DNA of 42,834 bases from a virus (Duplodnaviria > Caudoviricetes): positions 1 to 42,834 of the IMG/VR virus record IMGVR_UViG_3300037482_000218; one strand, 5' to 3'. The notes under the pieces are model-generated. The model saw only the letters and a program-made list of their open reading frames with translations. It was not told where the DNA came from and searched no databases. Shown here one piece after another: positions 27,124-37,557 of this stretch; the stretch's first letter is position 1, and each line of letters opens with the position of its first letter. A program made the translations under genes and the position numbers.

Positions 27124-28416
27124 GTGAGCACAACGCTAGAGCAGTTCGTCCAGCGTCTGGCGTCCGTCGTCGGCGCCGGCGAAGAGCCGATTAACTTCAG
27201 CGCCACCGGCGGCTCAACGACCACGATTGCGTCCACCTCGGCCATCTTCGCCAAGACTGCCGCTACCGCCTACACCGGGCGGGACGCGGTTATCACGGAC
27301 ACGACGGACGACGCTGCCCCGGAAGGTGAGGCGCGCCCGGTGACGTCGTTCTCCGGGACGACGCTCACCGTGGGCACGGCCTACAGCGCCACGTTGACCT
27401 CGGGCGATGATGTGACGCTCCTCCCCGGCGGGCTGCACCTGCCGGACTTCCTGGAGGCGATCAACGATATCCTGCGCAACCTGCCTTTACCGCGGTATTT
27501 GCCGGTCACCGATCTGACGGACGGCGACATGGAGACCTCCGGGGTGACCTCATGGACTGACGCCGTAGGTACACCTACGCAGACGAAAGAGACTACAGCG
27601 GCGCTGGTGCTCACCGGCACACAGTCTCTCAAGCTGGTGACGACGACCGTAGACCACGCCGTCACGTCCGTCTCGCGCCCCGTTACGGAGGGCGAGCAAC
27701 GGCTGATGTGGGCGCCCATCAAGGTGACGGCGGGCTCCTTGCGCCTCTCGGTCTACGATGTAACGAACTCCGTGGAGATTGAGGGTGAGACGATAGACGA
27801 AGAGGCGTGGACGGTGCCGGTTATCCAGTACACCGTGCCCAGCGGCTGTCAGAACGTCGCTGCGCGGCTGGTGGCCAAGACGGCCAGCACAACGGCCTAC
27901 GTGGACCACGTAGGGTCTGTCTCCTGCGAAGTGGAGCTTCTGGACACCCCTTCCCAGATTACCGACACCGCGCTGATCGAGGGCGTGGACTTCCTGCCAC
28001 TGGGGTTTCCCTCAGAGGCGAACAATTCCTACCTCTGGGGCGAAGACCCCGAGCCGTGGGCCACGAGGGACGAGCTGCGGGACTACCGCGCGCTCACACA
28101 GATGCGCTTCAGTATCCGCAAGCCGAGCATCTATCCGCTGTTCTGGCGCTTCCGGGCGACCAACACGGCACTCTCGGCGATGAGCGATGTCGCCTACATC
28201 GATGACGATCTCCTGGAAGCGGCGCTGCCGGGGATGGCTTCGGTGCTGTTCGCCAAGCTCGCCATCGCCAACGAGCACAACGGGAACACGCAGCAGGCCG
28301 CGCGCTATAAGGGGTGGAGCGAGGAAAACGCCCGCACCTACCGCACGATGCTGGACTCGCTGGGGCTGGCGGAGCCGATTATCCAGAAGCCCTCACAGCC
28401 GCGCAGGGTCGCCTAG
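27124..28416 (+). CDS. Head-tail adaptor (tail tubular A-like) with inserted carbohydrate-binding-like domain
   Basis: EAINDILR and helical C-terminus flank LTDGDME..SW...TGTQSLKL...YVDHV (CBM-like). Confidence 0.5.
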   Translation: MSTTLEQFVQRLASVVGAGEEPINFSATGGSTTTIASTSAIFAKTAATAYTGRDAVITDTTDDAAPEGEARPVTSFSGTTLTVGTAYSATLTSGDDVTLLPGGLHLPDFLEAINDILRNLPLPRYLPVTDLTDGDMETSGVTSWTDAVGTPTQTKETTAALVLTGTQSLKLVTTTVDHAVTSVSRPVTEGEQRLMWAPIKVTAGSLRLSVYDVTNSVEIEGETIDEEAWTVPVIQYTVPSGCQNVAARLVAKTASTTAYVDHVGSVSCEVELLDTPSQITDTALIEGVDFLPLGFPSEANNSYLWGEDPEPWATRDELRDYRALTQMRFSIRKPSIYPLFWRFRATNTALSAMSDVAYIDDDLLEAALPGMASVLFAKLAIANEHNGNTQQAARYKGWSEENARTYRTMLDSLGLAEPIIQKPSQPRRVA

Positions 28417-31400
28417 TTGGCCGCTGAACTGGGGGGCAACGTCCAGATTACCCCTGTGGGCGGCACTGCCACGCAGTACCCGCTGGCTATAGACGGAGAG
28501 GTATTGGCCTGGAAAGAAGGTGACTGGCTCTCCCGCACGCAGGCGCGGATTGACATACCTGTAGAGACCTCTTGGCCGTTCATGGCCCCCGGCGGTATGG
28601 GCGAGACCAAGCGCACCAGCCCCACTTCCGTAGGCAATGCCTTCACGGTAGGGATCGACGCCCATGCTTTCGGCTTCGCGCGCTTGGCCCCGAGAAGGGT
28701 CACGGTCACACCCACCGTCGCGCCCGTGGACAAACCCAGCAAGGGTTTTGAGGCGGCGGTGCCGGGCGAGATACCGACGACCATTGAGATCACCGCGCTG
28801 GAGTCCGGCGACGCCACGACCGAAGAAGCGGACATCGTGCTCCGTAAGCTGACACGGGCCGCTAGCGCCTCCGCCTCCGTCACAGAATCACTGCTGGCGG
28901 AAGTAAACAGCACGGTCGTGACCACGGCTTACGCCACCGCTTCCGTCGCTCCCGCCGACGACCGGCTGGTGCTGGTGACGGTCTTTAGCGACTCAGCGGA
29001 CGGCTCCGTCCCCGCCGCGCCGACGGTGACCGGCGGCGGGATGACGACGTGGGACCAGGTGGCGACGCAGGCGTTTGCTTCGCAGGGTGCGCGGATAACC
29101 GTCTATCGGGCGCAGGAAGCGACGCCGGGGTCGGGCGCGATCACCGCCACGTTCACGGCCAACCAGGACAGGTGCAAGATTTCCGTCTCCGAGTTCGGGA
29201 ACGTGGACATCGCGGGATCAAGCGACAACGGGGCGTCCTGCGTCATTCAGTCCAAGACAGGCCAGAGCGCGAGTCTGGCCAACAGCCTCTCTGTGACCTT
29301 TGACGCGGCGTTTAGCCAAGAGAATAACGCGACCTATGCGGCCTTTGGCCAGCAAAGAGGAAGCGGTGGCAGTGCCGCCCTGGCGTTCAGCGCCGGGCTG
29401 GGGATAACCAATATCTCCGGCCTGACAACGGGCGGCACCGACGCACAGAGAACGGCCTTGCGCACAGGCTGGAAGCAGTCTGAGGTTTCTACCGTCACCG
29501 CTAGCGTGGTGGCCCCCGGAACAACCGGCTATCTCGCCGGCATCATCATCGAAATCAGCTCCGCTTCGGGAGGCGGCGCGTCCGCCGACGTGTTCCAGAC
29601 CGACACCATCTCCCCCACCGGCAACAGCCTCGTGCTGGCTGTCGTAGAGGGGTTCAGGGACGCCGGGGCCTCGGCGGCGCCCACGCTCTCGGGAGTGATG
29701 ACGACCTGGACGCAGGTAGCCTCGCAGGTCTTCGACACCGACAGACGCATCACCCTCTACCGCTCGCTCCAGGCCACACCCGTTCCGGGCAAGGTGACGA
29801 TAACGTTTGCCGCCGCACAGGACGCGGCCGCGTGGTCAATCCTTGAGTTCGGCAACGTGGATACCGCCGGCGTGAACGGCGCGGACGCCGTGGTGCAGTC
29901 GGCGACAGACACGGCGACCGGCGCGACTTCGCTCTCGATCACCCTGTCCGCGTTTGGTGCTGCCGCCAACGCTACCTTCGGGGCCTTCGCCACCAACGCC
30001 ACGTCCGGGATTACTCCCGGTACAGGGTTCACGGAGATCGATGACGTGACCGAAGGCGGTGGGCTGTTCACCGAGTGGCGCGTGGACAACGACACGGGCG
30101 TGGACGCCTCCGACTCCGCGTCGGCTTCGGTCAACTGGGGCGGCATCGCCATCGAGGTCAAGTCCGCCGCGCCGCTGGGAACGTACACAACGGACCTGTT
30201 CACTCCGACGAAAGAGCGCCTGATCCTGGCGTCCGTACACAACACGGTGACGACCCCCGGCACGCCGACGGCTTCTGGCTTCAACTTGACCTGGGTAGAG
30301 GTGGACAGCGAGACGCAAGGCGACGAGCGGGTGACGGTCTTCCGGGCGATGGGCCACAGCGACCTCGCAGAAGGGGCGCTGACCTTCGACTTCGCGGGCA
30401 CGGCGCAGGACGGCGTGCGCTGGTCTATCGCCGAGTTTGACGGCGTGCTGACGACAGGCGACAACGGCGCGAACGCGGTGGTGCAGAGCGTCAGTGGTAC
30501 TGAGTCTCAGTCCGCCAGCCTGACCATCACCTTAGCCGCGCTGACGGACGCGACCAACGCCACTTACGGGGCCTTCGCCGCGACCCTGGCCACGGGGATT
30601 ACCCCCGGCTCTGGTTATACCGAGGTACACGAGGAAGAGATCAGCGGTGAGACGCTGGAGACCGAATGGCGGCAGACGGGCTCCGTGACGGTGGATGCTT
30701 CGGCCACGGCGGGGATACCGGGCATCCAGTTTGCCGAGGGCACTTACACAGGCGACGACGACGCAGCACGGGCGATTACGGGTCTGGGGTTCACGCCCAA
30801 GGTAGTCATCATTAAGCCCGACCACGCCACCAGCGGGCAGGGCTGTATCAAGACGGACGACATGCCGAACACGTCCAACCTGGCCAACTCCAACGAAGAC
30901 GACGCCATCGTCTCACTGGACGCCGACGGCTTCACGGTAGACGGCACAGTGGTGGCCAACCACACGACCAACGTCACCACGATCACCTATTACTGGATGG
31001 CCTGGGGCGGTTCAAGCGTGGCAACGAGTACCTACACCGGGGATGGGGCCGCCACGCAGGACGTGACTGGCGTGGGCTTCGACCCGGTGATGGTCTGGGT
31101 TGTCTACCCGGCGAAGAACGCTGGCAAGTCGGTGCGTACCGACACGATGGGCTCTGCCAATTGCGTGACGTTCACAAACGTCGTCCCTGCCGATGAGATC
31201 ATAGCTCTGATTACAGACGGCTTCCGGGTGGGCGACTCAGATGAGGTCAACGCCACGAGCGAGACGTATTACTACGTAGCGTTTAAGGCGGCGACGAACT
31301 TGCACACCGGCACCTACACCGGCGACGGACTTGACAGCCGCAACCTCCCGGCTTCGGCGATGGCGTTTGACCCGCAGGCGGTGTTCATCCGCCTCTATAC

Positions 31401-33231
31401 AGGATCGCAGTTGATGGCGGTCAAGAACGAATCCCTCGCTGGTGATGCGGCCTACTCTTTCGCGGAAGCCGTTTCGGCGGCGAACCTAATCCAGTCGCTG
31501 ACGCCCGCTACTGGAAAGTTCCAGGTGGGCACCAATGCGACAGTCAACTCCAGCGGATTGGAATACCACTTCTTCGCCTTCGCACAGGGGACGGGAGTCG
31601 CCGCTTGGGCGGGCGTCGGCATCGAGATACAGGCCGGGAGCGAGCCCGGGGGGTTCGCGGGCGACCCCTTCATCTACGCCCTCAACGGCCAGCACAACAC
31701 GAAGATGTCCACCGATGACACGCCCACGATCACGGTAGAGGCGCAGCACGACTTCGGGGCGGCGGCAACTTCCGGCGGCAATCCTGCATACTTCGGCACG
31801 CAGACGCTTGGCCCCTTCTGGTACATCCCGCTGGGGAGGTTCAAGACCGCCGAAGTGCTTATCGCCACTGCCAGCTCCGGCGACGACACCTACGAGGAGA
31901 TGACCGCCGCCAACGGCTACAGCGGGCCGGGGAGTGTACAGGCGCAAGCCTTCACCGTCTCCTCGCAGGGCTTCAATTCAGCGCTCCTTCGCGGCTTCAA
32001 TGGCAACAAGGTGGATGTCTCGGTGGACGGCAAGACCTTCGGCAGCGACTTCGACGTGGGGTCTTCCGCCGAGATTATCCAGGCCCTCATCGACTCCGGG
32101 GCCGTGATCTTTATCGGCACCGACTCCAACCTCCACCAGTTCGACGGGTCGGGCGTCTCTTTCCGCCTGACCCGCTTCAACGTCGCCGACACCGACCTCG
32201 ACCACGGCTCGGGGATGCTCGTGCCGGAGGGCTCTGAGAACTGCTTGTTCCCCCACCAGGGCGTCTACTACTGGAACGGCTCCCGGCCCATCCACGTCTC
32301 GGTAGACGCCATCCCCTTGAATCGCGCCATCCCTGGTGTCACCCACGAGCCCTTCCGGGTAAAGTTCACGGAGATCGTCTACGGCTCTGACGACTGGCTC
32401 TGGGCGACGGGCAGGGTAACCGAGAGCGGCAGCACCAAGACCTACGTGTTCGCCATGAACCGCCGCGCCGAGTCGTCGGTCTGGCACACCATCGACCGCT
32501 TCGACGGTATAGCAAGGCTGATACCGATTGACGGGGCGCTCGATTCCAACCACCGGCTCTGGTTCGCCGACGTGACCGGGGCCAAGTACGGCTTCCTCCA
32601 GCTGGGGAAAAACGGCGAGCCGGACGCGGGGCGGGACTCCCTGGGCTATGGCGCGCCATCCACGACCTACCAGTTCTACTCTTCCCGCGACGACTGGGGC
32701 TTCCCTCACGACCTCAAGCAACTACAGTCCATTGAGGTGAAGACGCTGAACACCGGGGCCACCACCCCCGTTCAGCTCAAGGTCCTGCGCGATCAGGGCA
32801 GCGAAGAGAGTGTGGGTACGACGATCACCGATGCGGGTGTGGACGAGCGGTTCTGGACGCTGGGCACGAACGACACCGCCTACGACACGATGTTCCTGGC
32901 TGAAGTCGCCACCACAGCAGGGTTCAGCACTGACACCGACTGGCAACTGCTCTCGCTCGTGGCCAGGGGTAAGCTCAGGCCGAAGATGACGCGCGAGGTC
33001 ACTTTCACGGTGGACACCTCGCGCCTGGGCACGCTACCCGACAACCCGGAATCGCTGCGGACGAAACTGGAGGAGCTGGTCGAGGCCAATCCCCCGGCGG
33101 TGCTCGACCCTTACGGCAATTCAGTCAACCTCGCGGTGACAGGCGTGGATGTCCTCTCCAAGATTCCTGACACTCAGGGCAGAGTCCAGTATCTGATCAC
33201 AGTTCATGGGTTCATATGGAAGACTTCGTAA
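28417..33231 (+). CDS. Tail nozzle / tubular B-like protein with about 950 aa of inserted repeated beta domains
   Basis: Propeller-like C-terminal part ending DWGFPHDLKQL; three internal ~200-aa repeats and YTGD repeats. Confidence 0.6.
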   Translation: MAAELGGNVQITPVGGTATQYPLAIDGEVLAWKEGDWLSRTQARIDIPVETSWPFMAPGGMGETKRTSPTSVGNAFTVGIDAHAFGFARLAPRRVTVTPTVAPVDKPSKGFEAAVPGEIPTTIEITALESGDATTEEADIVLRKLTRAASASASVTESLLAEVNSTVVTTAYATASVAPADDRLVLVTVFSDSADGSVPAAPTVTGGGMTTWDQVATQAFASQGARITVYRAQEATPGSGAITATFTANQDRCKISVSEFGNVDIAGSSDNGASCVIQSKTGQSASLANSLSVTFDAAFSQENNATYAAFGQQRGSGGSAALAFSAGLGITNISGLTTGGTDAQRTALRTGWKQSEVSTVTASVVAPGTTGYLAGIIIEISSASGGGASADVFQTDTISPTGNSLVLAVVEGFRDAGASAAPTLSGVMTTWTQVASQVFDTDRRITLYRSLQATPVPGKVTITFAAAQDAAAWSILEFGNVDTAGVNGADAVVQSATDTATGATSLSITLSAFGAAANATFGAFATNATSGITPGTGFTEIDDVTEGGGLFTEWRVDNDTGVDASDSASASVNWGGIAIEVKSAAPLGTYTTDLFTPTKERLILASVHNTVTTPGTPTASGFNLTWVEVDSETQGDERVTVFRAMGHSDLAEGALTFDFAGTAQDGVRWSIAEFDGVLTTGDNGANAVVQSVSGTESQSASLTITLAALTDATNATYGAFAATLATGITPGSGYTEVHEEEISGETLETEWRQTGSVTVDASATAGIPGIQFAEGTYTGDDDAARAITGLGFTPKVVIIKPDHATSGQGCIKTDDMPNTSNLANSNEDDAIVSLDADGFTVDGTVVANHTTNVTTITYYWMAWGGSSVATSTYTGDGAATQDVTGVGFDPVMVWVVYPAKNAGKSVRTDTMGSANCVTFTNVVPADEIIALITDGFRVGDSDEVNATSETYYYVAFKAATNLHTGTYTGDGLDSRNLPASAMAFDPQAVFIRLYTGSQLMAVKNESLAGDAAYSFAEAVSAANLIQSLTPATGKFQVGTNATVNSSGLEYHFFAFAQGTGVAAWAGVGIEIQAGSEPGGFAGDPFIYALNGQHNTKMSTDDTPTITVEAQHDFGAAATSGGNPAYFGTQTLGPFWYIPLGRFKTAEVLIATASSGDDTYEEMTAANGYSGPGSVQAQAFTVSSQGFNSALLRGFNGNKVDVSVDGKTFGSDFDVGSSAEIIQALIDSGAVIFIGTDSNLHQFDGSGVSFRLTRFNVADTDLDHGSGMLVPEGSENCLFPHQGVYYWNGSRPIHVSVDAIPLNRAIPGVTHEPFRVKFTEIVYGSDDWLWATGRVTESGSTKTYVFAMNRRAESSVWHTIDRFDGIARLIPIDGALDSNHRLWFADVTGAKYGFLQLGKNGEPDAGRDSLGYGAPSTTYQFYSSRDDWGFPHDLKQLQSIEVKTLNTGATTPVQLKVLRDQGSEESVGTTITDAGVDERFWTLGTNDTAYDTMFLAEVATTAGFSTDTDWQLLSLVARGKLRPKMTREVTFTVDTSRLGTLPDNPESLRTKLEELVEANPPAVLDPYGNSVNLAVTGVDVLSKIPDTQGRVQYLITVHGFIWKTS

Positions 33232-35003
33232 ACGAAATCCCCGTCCCGAAGGGGAACCCGGCGTCCAAAGACCGGAAGCGGGCGGCGCTGCGCAAGGAAC
33301 TGCACACTCAGGGCAAGCCAGCGGACGGCCAGGCAGAGGTCTACAACGAAGATACGGGGCGGTTGGAGTGGTCTGACCTTACAGGTGCGGGTGCGCCCAA
33401 TACCGTTGACTTCCTTGTCGGGACGGCCAACGCGATACTGACGAACGAGATCGTGGTTGGCACGACCCCCGGCGGCGAGCTGGGCGGGACGTGGCCCTCA
33501 CCCACGGTGGACGCTACGCACTCCGGCTCGGCGCACCACGCGGCAGAGTCAGGGGAGTCAGCCACCCACAACCACGGCAACCTGTACTACACGGAGACGG
33601 AAACAGACGGCCTCTTCACCACCCACGAGGCCCTGCCAAACGTTCACCACACCGCCTTCGTCCAGGCGGACGCGGACGCGCTGTACGAGCCGCTGGACGC
33701 CACGATTGTACGGACTACCGACACCGACTGGGTTGATCTGACGGACGCCGGGGAGACCGCCCTGCACTCACATGCGGGCGGTTCCGGCGACGTGGCCACG
33801 GACGCCATCTGGGACGCGGCGGGCGACCTGGCGCGAGGTTCCGGCGCGGACACGGCGGCGCGGCTGGCGACGGGCGCGGCGGGCACGGTGCTGATCGGCG
33901 GCACGTCGTGGTCGGCGTCCCCGGTCATCGGCACGGCGCTCATCCTCGGCTCCGCCGACACCTCCGGTATCCGCTTCGACATAGAGTCGGGCGTATTTGC
34001 GGTGCGCGAGGGGGACGACTCGGCGTACGCCTCGGTAGTGGCGCTGACCTACAACACTGGCGCAGGCCCTGTGACCAACCCGCTGGTCAAGTTCATCGCC
34101 AACGCGACCGAAACCATCGCGGCCAACATCGCGGGCTATGAGTTTAGCCCGACGCTCACGACCAGCGGCAACAGCCGGGCGGTCTATGGGGTGTACGCCG
34201 CGCCCGCCATCAACGTCGCCAACGCTTCAAGCGGCCACGAGATTTTCGGGCTGCGCTTTACGCCTACCATCTCTGGCGCGGGAGCATCGGCGTCCTTGGT
34301 AAGGATCGGAGCCATTGATGCCAATGCCTCACTCGCCTCGGTCAGCGCCAGCCGCGATATCAGCGCCACCGAGATATACGGTCTCAAAATGGGCAGTCTC
34401 GGCGAGCTGGGGCTCGGCAACTTCGACGCCGCCGGTGCTATCGCTCTCAGTTCGACCGCCGCCCTCGCCGATGTCACGGTCACGACGGCCTACGGGCTAT
34501 TTAACAACGGCGTTACGCTCCAGGCGCTCAACAGCGGCTTGATTACGGTCACCACGGCTTACGGCGACTTCAACGGCGGCTTCTGGATGGAGGTCCTGGG
34601 CACGGGCAACGTGCTCGTCACGACCGGCTACGCCTCCTTTATCCGCGCGCCCCAGATGTCGGCGGCGGTCTCCACCGGCAACACGACAATCACAACCTAC
34701 GAGGCGCTGCACATCGGCGGCGGTGCGTACGCGGACGCCGACTTCACCATCGGGGCGAGCACGCAACTGCGTATCGAGGACATGACCGGGGCGCGGATTA
34801 CGGGCAACAACCGGCTGCTGGAAATCGGGACGAGCACACCGACGACAACAAGCGGCCTCTTCCGCATGATCGGCAACTTCACGGCGGCGGCGAACCAGAC
34901 GCCGCTCTACGTCTCGGAGGGTGCGACCCCGACAGTCAGGCAGTTCAGAACGAAGGACGGAGCGGCCATCACGGGGGGTGACCTCGTGGTGGTGCTGGTC
35001 TAG
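33216..35003 (+). CDS. Tail fibre / receptor-binding protein
   Basis: His-rich knots (HNHGNLYYTETE, LHSH), AAGDL motif, beta-helix-like TTAYG repeats. Confidence 0.7.
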   Translation: MEDFVNEIPVPKGNPASKDRKRAALRKELHTQGKPADGQAEVYNEDTGRLEWSDLTGAGAPNTVDFLVGTANAILTNEIVVGTTPGGELGGTWPSPTVDATHSGSAHHAAESGESATHNHGNLYYTETETDGLFTTHEALPNVHHTAFVQADADALYEPLDATIVRTTDTDWVDLTDAGETALHSHAGGSGDVATDAIWDAAGDLARGSGADTAARLATGAAGTVLIGGTSWSASPVIGTALILGSADTSGIRFDIESGVFAVREGDDSAYASVVALTYNTGAGPVTNPLVKFIANATETIAANIAGYEFSPTLTTSGNSRAVYGVYAAPAINVANASSGHEIFGLRFTPTISGAGASASLVRIGAIDANASLASVSASRDISATEIYGLKMGSLGELGLGNFDAAGAIALSSTAALADVTVTTAYGLFNNGVTLQALNSGLITVTTAYGDFNGGFWMEVLGTGNVLVTTGYASFIRAPQMSAAVSTGNTTITTYEALHIGGGAYADADFTIGASTQLRIEDMTGARITGNNRLLEIGTSTPTTTSGLFRMIGNFTAAANQTPLYVSEGATPTVRQFRTKDGAAITGGDLVVVLV

Positions 35004-35012
35004 GAGGAAACC

Positions 35013-35219
35013 ATGCTGACAAAACAAGAGAAGAACGACCTGGCCCGCCGCTTCAAGGCGCTCGGCCAGCACACGGACGAGATGGCGCGGACAGTGCGCG
35101 ATCTCCCCGCCGACGAGCCGTTCATCACGGCGCTGCTCAAGATCAAGGAGCCGATCGGCGCGTGGCAGGCGGAGTTCAATCAACTACTCATGGACCTGGG
35201 GAAGTACACGGAGGACTAG
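35013..35219 (+). CDS. Hypothetical protein
   Basis: AGGAGG RBS. Confidence 0.65.
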   Translation: MLTKQEKNDLARRFKALGQHTDEMARTVRDLPADEPFITALLKIKEPIGAWQAEFNQLLMDLGKYTED

Positions 35220-35221
35220 CC

Positions 35222-35713
35222 ATGCCGACATTCCAGATAACAGTCTCGGACGCGGCGGACGCGCGCTTCAAGGCGGAACTCGCGGAGCACAACGCTGAGA
35301 CCGGCGAGAGCCTGACGGCGCTACAGTTCCTCAAGCGCATCATCGTGGAGTACATCGCCAGCCGGGAGGCGGCAGAGGCGGTGGCCGCGGCGGCAGTCCA
35401 GTTCGACACCGACAACAAGCCCGACCCGGCAGACCGCCACGCCGCGATCCTGGCGGCAAGGCTGCCGTCATCGCGCAGTACAGCGGATAAGGAGGACGAC
35501 ATGAAAATCGACAAGGTGACATACACATGGTTCGACGGTAGCCAGCACTCATTCTGGATACGGCTCAAGCTGGCGGTTTCGTTTGCGCTGACGCCGCTAA
35601 CCCTCGTGCTGATCGGACGCTCAATCCGGGTAAGCATGCCCCCGATAGACATGCCCCCGATAGACTGGCGAACCGAGGCGCGCGAAGGCGACGACTCAGT
35701 GAGGGCGGCATGA
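35222..35713 (+). CDS. Hypothetical protein with internal in-frame start at 35501; C-terminal part hydrophobic
   Basis: GGAGG RBS at start; AAGGAGGACGAC-ATG inside. Confidence 0.55.
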   Translation: MPTFQITVSDAADARFKAELAEHNAETGESLTALQFLKRIIVEYIASREAAEAVAAAAVQFDTDNKPDPADRHAAILAARLPSSRSTADKEDDMKIDKVTYTWFDGSQHSFWIRLKLAVSFALTPLTLVLIGRSIRVSMPPIDMPPIDWRTEAREGDDSVRAA

Positions 35714-36045
35714 AGAAGCTGACGAACCTACAGGAACCGCTCCGCACCCCGGACGGCCAGCCCATCCCGGACACCGTACAGATCATGCTCTCAGCGATGC
35801 TCTACTACGGTTCCTCACGCGACCCGGCGCGGGCCGTGAGCCTGGCCCAGCGCATCCGCGAATCGCGCAACGGTATCGTGCTGGAGGAAAGCGACTACGC
35901 CATGCTCAGCGAAGCCGTACAGGGCGACCAGCGGCACGCCAACTTCGCACGGGCAGCCTGCCTCGCGGTGATCGCGGCGGCGGAGGAAGTCGAGCCATCA
36001 GAACCAAGCCGCGCAGCGCGCAGACGGGCAAAGAAAGGGAAGTAG
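35710..36045 (+). CDS. Hypothetical protein (possible tail fibre assembly chaperone)
   Basis: ATGA coupling; IVLEESDYAML. Confidence 0.55.
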   Translation: MKKLTNLQEPLRTPDGQPIPDTVQIMLSAMLYYGSSRDPARAVSLAQRIRESRNGIVLEESDYAMLSEAVQGDQRHANFARAACLAVIAAAEEVEPSEPSRAARRRAKKGK

Positions 36046-36362
36046 TGACACCGGAGCCAAATGACCCCGAACGCTGGGCTGGCTGGGGGCCTCCACCGTC
36101 CCCCCGTCAGTATTTCGAGGCCCTGGTCGAGCACGAATCGGAGCTAAGAGAGAGTGAATGGAGAGCGCATGACGCTAAACACGTCGCGTCTGAGACGGCG
36201 CAGGGAGGCACCGACTCGCGGCTTAATGACGTGCGGCTCCGGTTTGTCCCGAGAGAGGTATTCGAGTCGCGCATGGAAGCCCTGAGCCGTCTAACGCTGG
36301 GGCTCTTGATTATGACTATCGCCTCCCTGGCGGGCGTGGTGGTCACTTTGGCGACACGGTGA
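36045..36362 (+). CDS. Membrane protein with C-terminal TM (lysis module)
   Basis: FVPREVFE coiled segment, then LTLGLLIMTIASLAGVVVTL. Confidence 0.6.
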   Translation: MTPEPNDPERWAGWGPPPSPRQYFEALVEHESELRESEWRAHDAKHVASETAQGGTDSRLNDVRLRFVPREVFESRMEALSRLTLGLLIMTIASLAGVVVTLATR

Positions 36363-36376
36363 AAGGAGGAGACCAA

Positions 36377-36481
36377 ATGGAGATTCTCGCAACGCAGATC
36401 AACATAGGTGACGGGCTGTTCGCGCTTCTGGTGGTGGTCGTCCTGATCCTGATCGCCGCCTATATCATCCGCAGGCTATGA
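36377..36481 (+). CDS. 34-aa single-TM peptide
   Basis: AAGGAGG RBS; MEILATQINIGDGLFALLVVVVLILIAAYIIRRL. Confidence 0.6.
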   Translation: MEILATQINIGDGLFALLVVVVLILIAAYIIRRL

Positions 36482-36603
36482 GGCGGCTCTGGTGGTGCGA
36501 CCTGCTGCTCTTCGCGGGCGTGGTGGCCCTGTGGATGATCCTGACGCCGCGCACGGAGGACTGGCGGACGATGCCAGAGTACGAATACCGGGGTATGGAA
36601 TGA
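36478..36603 (+). CDS. 41-aa single-TM peptide
   Basis: ATGA coupling; MRRLWWCDLLLFAGVVALWMIL. Confidence 0.45.
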   Translation: MRRLWWCDLLLFAGVVALWMILTPRTEDWRTMPEYEYRGME

Positions 36604-36788
36604 GCACACATGGCTGGATTGGAACAATAACTTTCTCTTTCCTTGATGGGCATGAGATCAGGAAGGCATCTTGTCCTGCTTGTCAGTTGTGGGACACCGA
36701 ATACGACCCTGAGCCCTACGAGATTGATGGGAAGTCAATTACATTCTGGGTTGGCTGGTGCAATCACTGTGAGGATTGGTTCCAATGA
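36600..36788 (+). CDS. Small zinc-finger protein
   Basis: CPAC...WCNHC; ATGA coupling at both ends. Confidence 0.5.
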   Translation: MSTHGWIGTITFSFLDGHEIRKASCPACQLWDTEYDPEPYEIDGKSITFWVGWCNHCEDWFQ

Positions 36789-37555
36789 GCACGTGGCTGC
36801 CGTGGGCGATCAAGGCTCCCGCTCCGCAGGACAAGGCGGGCTACCCGAACGACCCCGGCCGCAAACTCTCGGAGATCCTGTACATCGTCATGCACTCGGC
36901 GGAGGGCTGGGAGTCCTACCTTAAACAAGGCCACCGTCCGGGCGCGGACGCCTCGTGGACCTTCTCTAACTGCCAGAACGGGAACTTCTACCAGCACTTC
37001 CCCCTGGAGGCGCTGACATACACCTCCGGCGGCTACACGCAGAACCGGGACGGGCTGGCCTGCGAGAACGAAGGCGTCACGGGCCAACCCCTCAACGAGG
37101 CGCAGATCGCCAACGGGCGCCGGCTGCGGGCCGACGTCGAGAAATTATGCCCGAACCTGCGACCGCCGGTGTTCGGTCAGGGCTGGCGGGAGCACTCGGA
37201 GCTGACGAACGGCGCGACCAGCTGCCCAAGTGGGCGCATCCAGCCGCTCTACGATTCATACAAGGAGGACGATATGACCCTAAACCTAGATCAGGAGAGC
37301 ACTATCAAGACCACCGCCGCGCAGGTGCTGGAAACGCTTCACGCCGTTTTTGGCGGCACGTCACCGGCGCGCACCGTGAAGGAGGAGGAGAGCATCATGG
37401 GGCGGCTGCGACGGATAGAGGAGCAGCTTGATTCCCAGCCCGCCGTCGCCCTCGGCAAGCTGGATTATGAGGCGTTGGTTGCGGCGCTGGGTGGTCAGGA
37501 GGCCGTGTTGGCCGGGCTGGCGCGGGCGATCATCAAGGTCGCCGGGGAGGACTGA
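36785..37555 (+). CDS. Endolysin, N-acetylmuramoyl-L-alanine amidase (Amidase_2-like)
   Basis: IVMHSAEG, ASWTF, YQHFPLE, ACENEG, EHSEL, TSCPSG. Confidence 0.82.
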   Translation: MSTWLPWAIKAPAPQDKAGYPNDPGRKLSEILYIVMHSAEGWESYLKQGHRPGADASWTFSNCQNGNFYQHFPLEALTYTSGGYTQNRDGLACENEGVTGQPLNEAQIANGRRLRADVEKLCPNLRPPVFGQGWREHSELTNGATSCPSGRIQPLYDSYKEDDMTLNLDQESTIKTTAAQVLETLHAVFGGTSPARTVKEEESIMGRLRRIEEQLDSQPAVALGKLDYEALVAALGGQEAVLAGLARAIIKVAGED

Positions 37556-37557
37556 GC

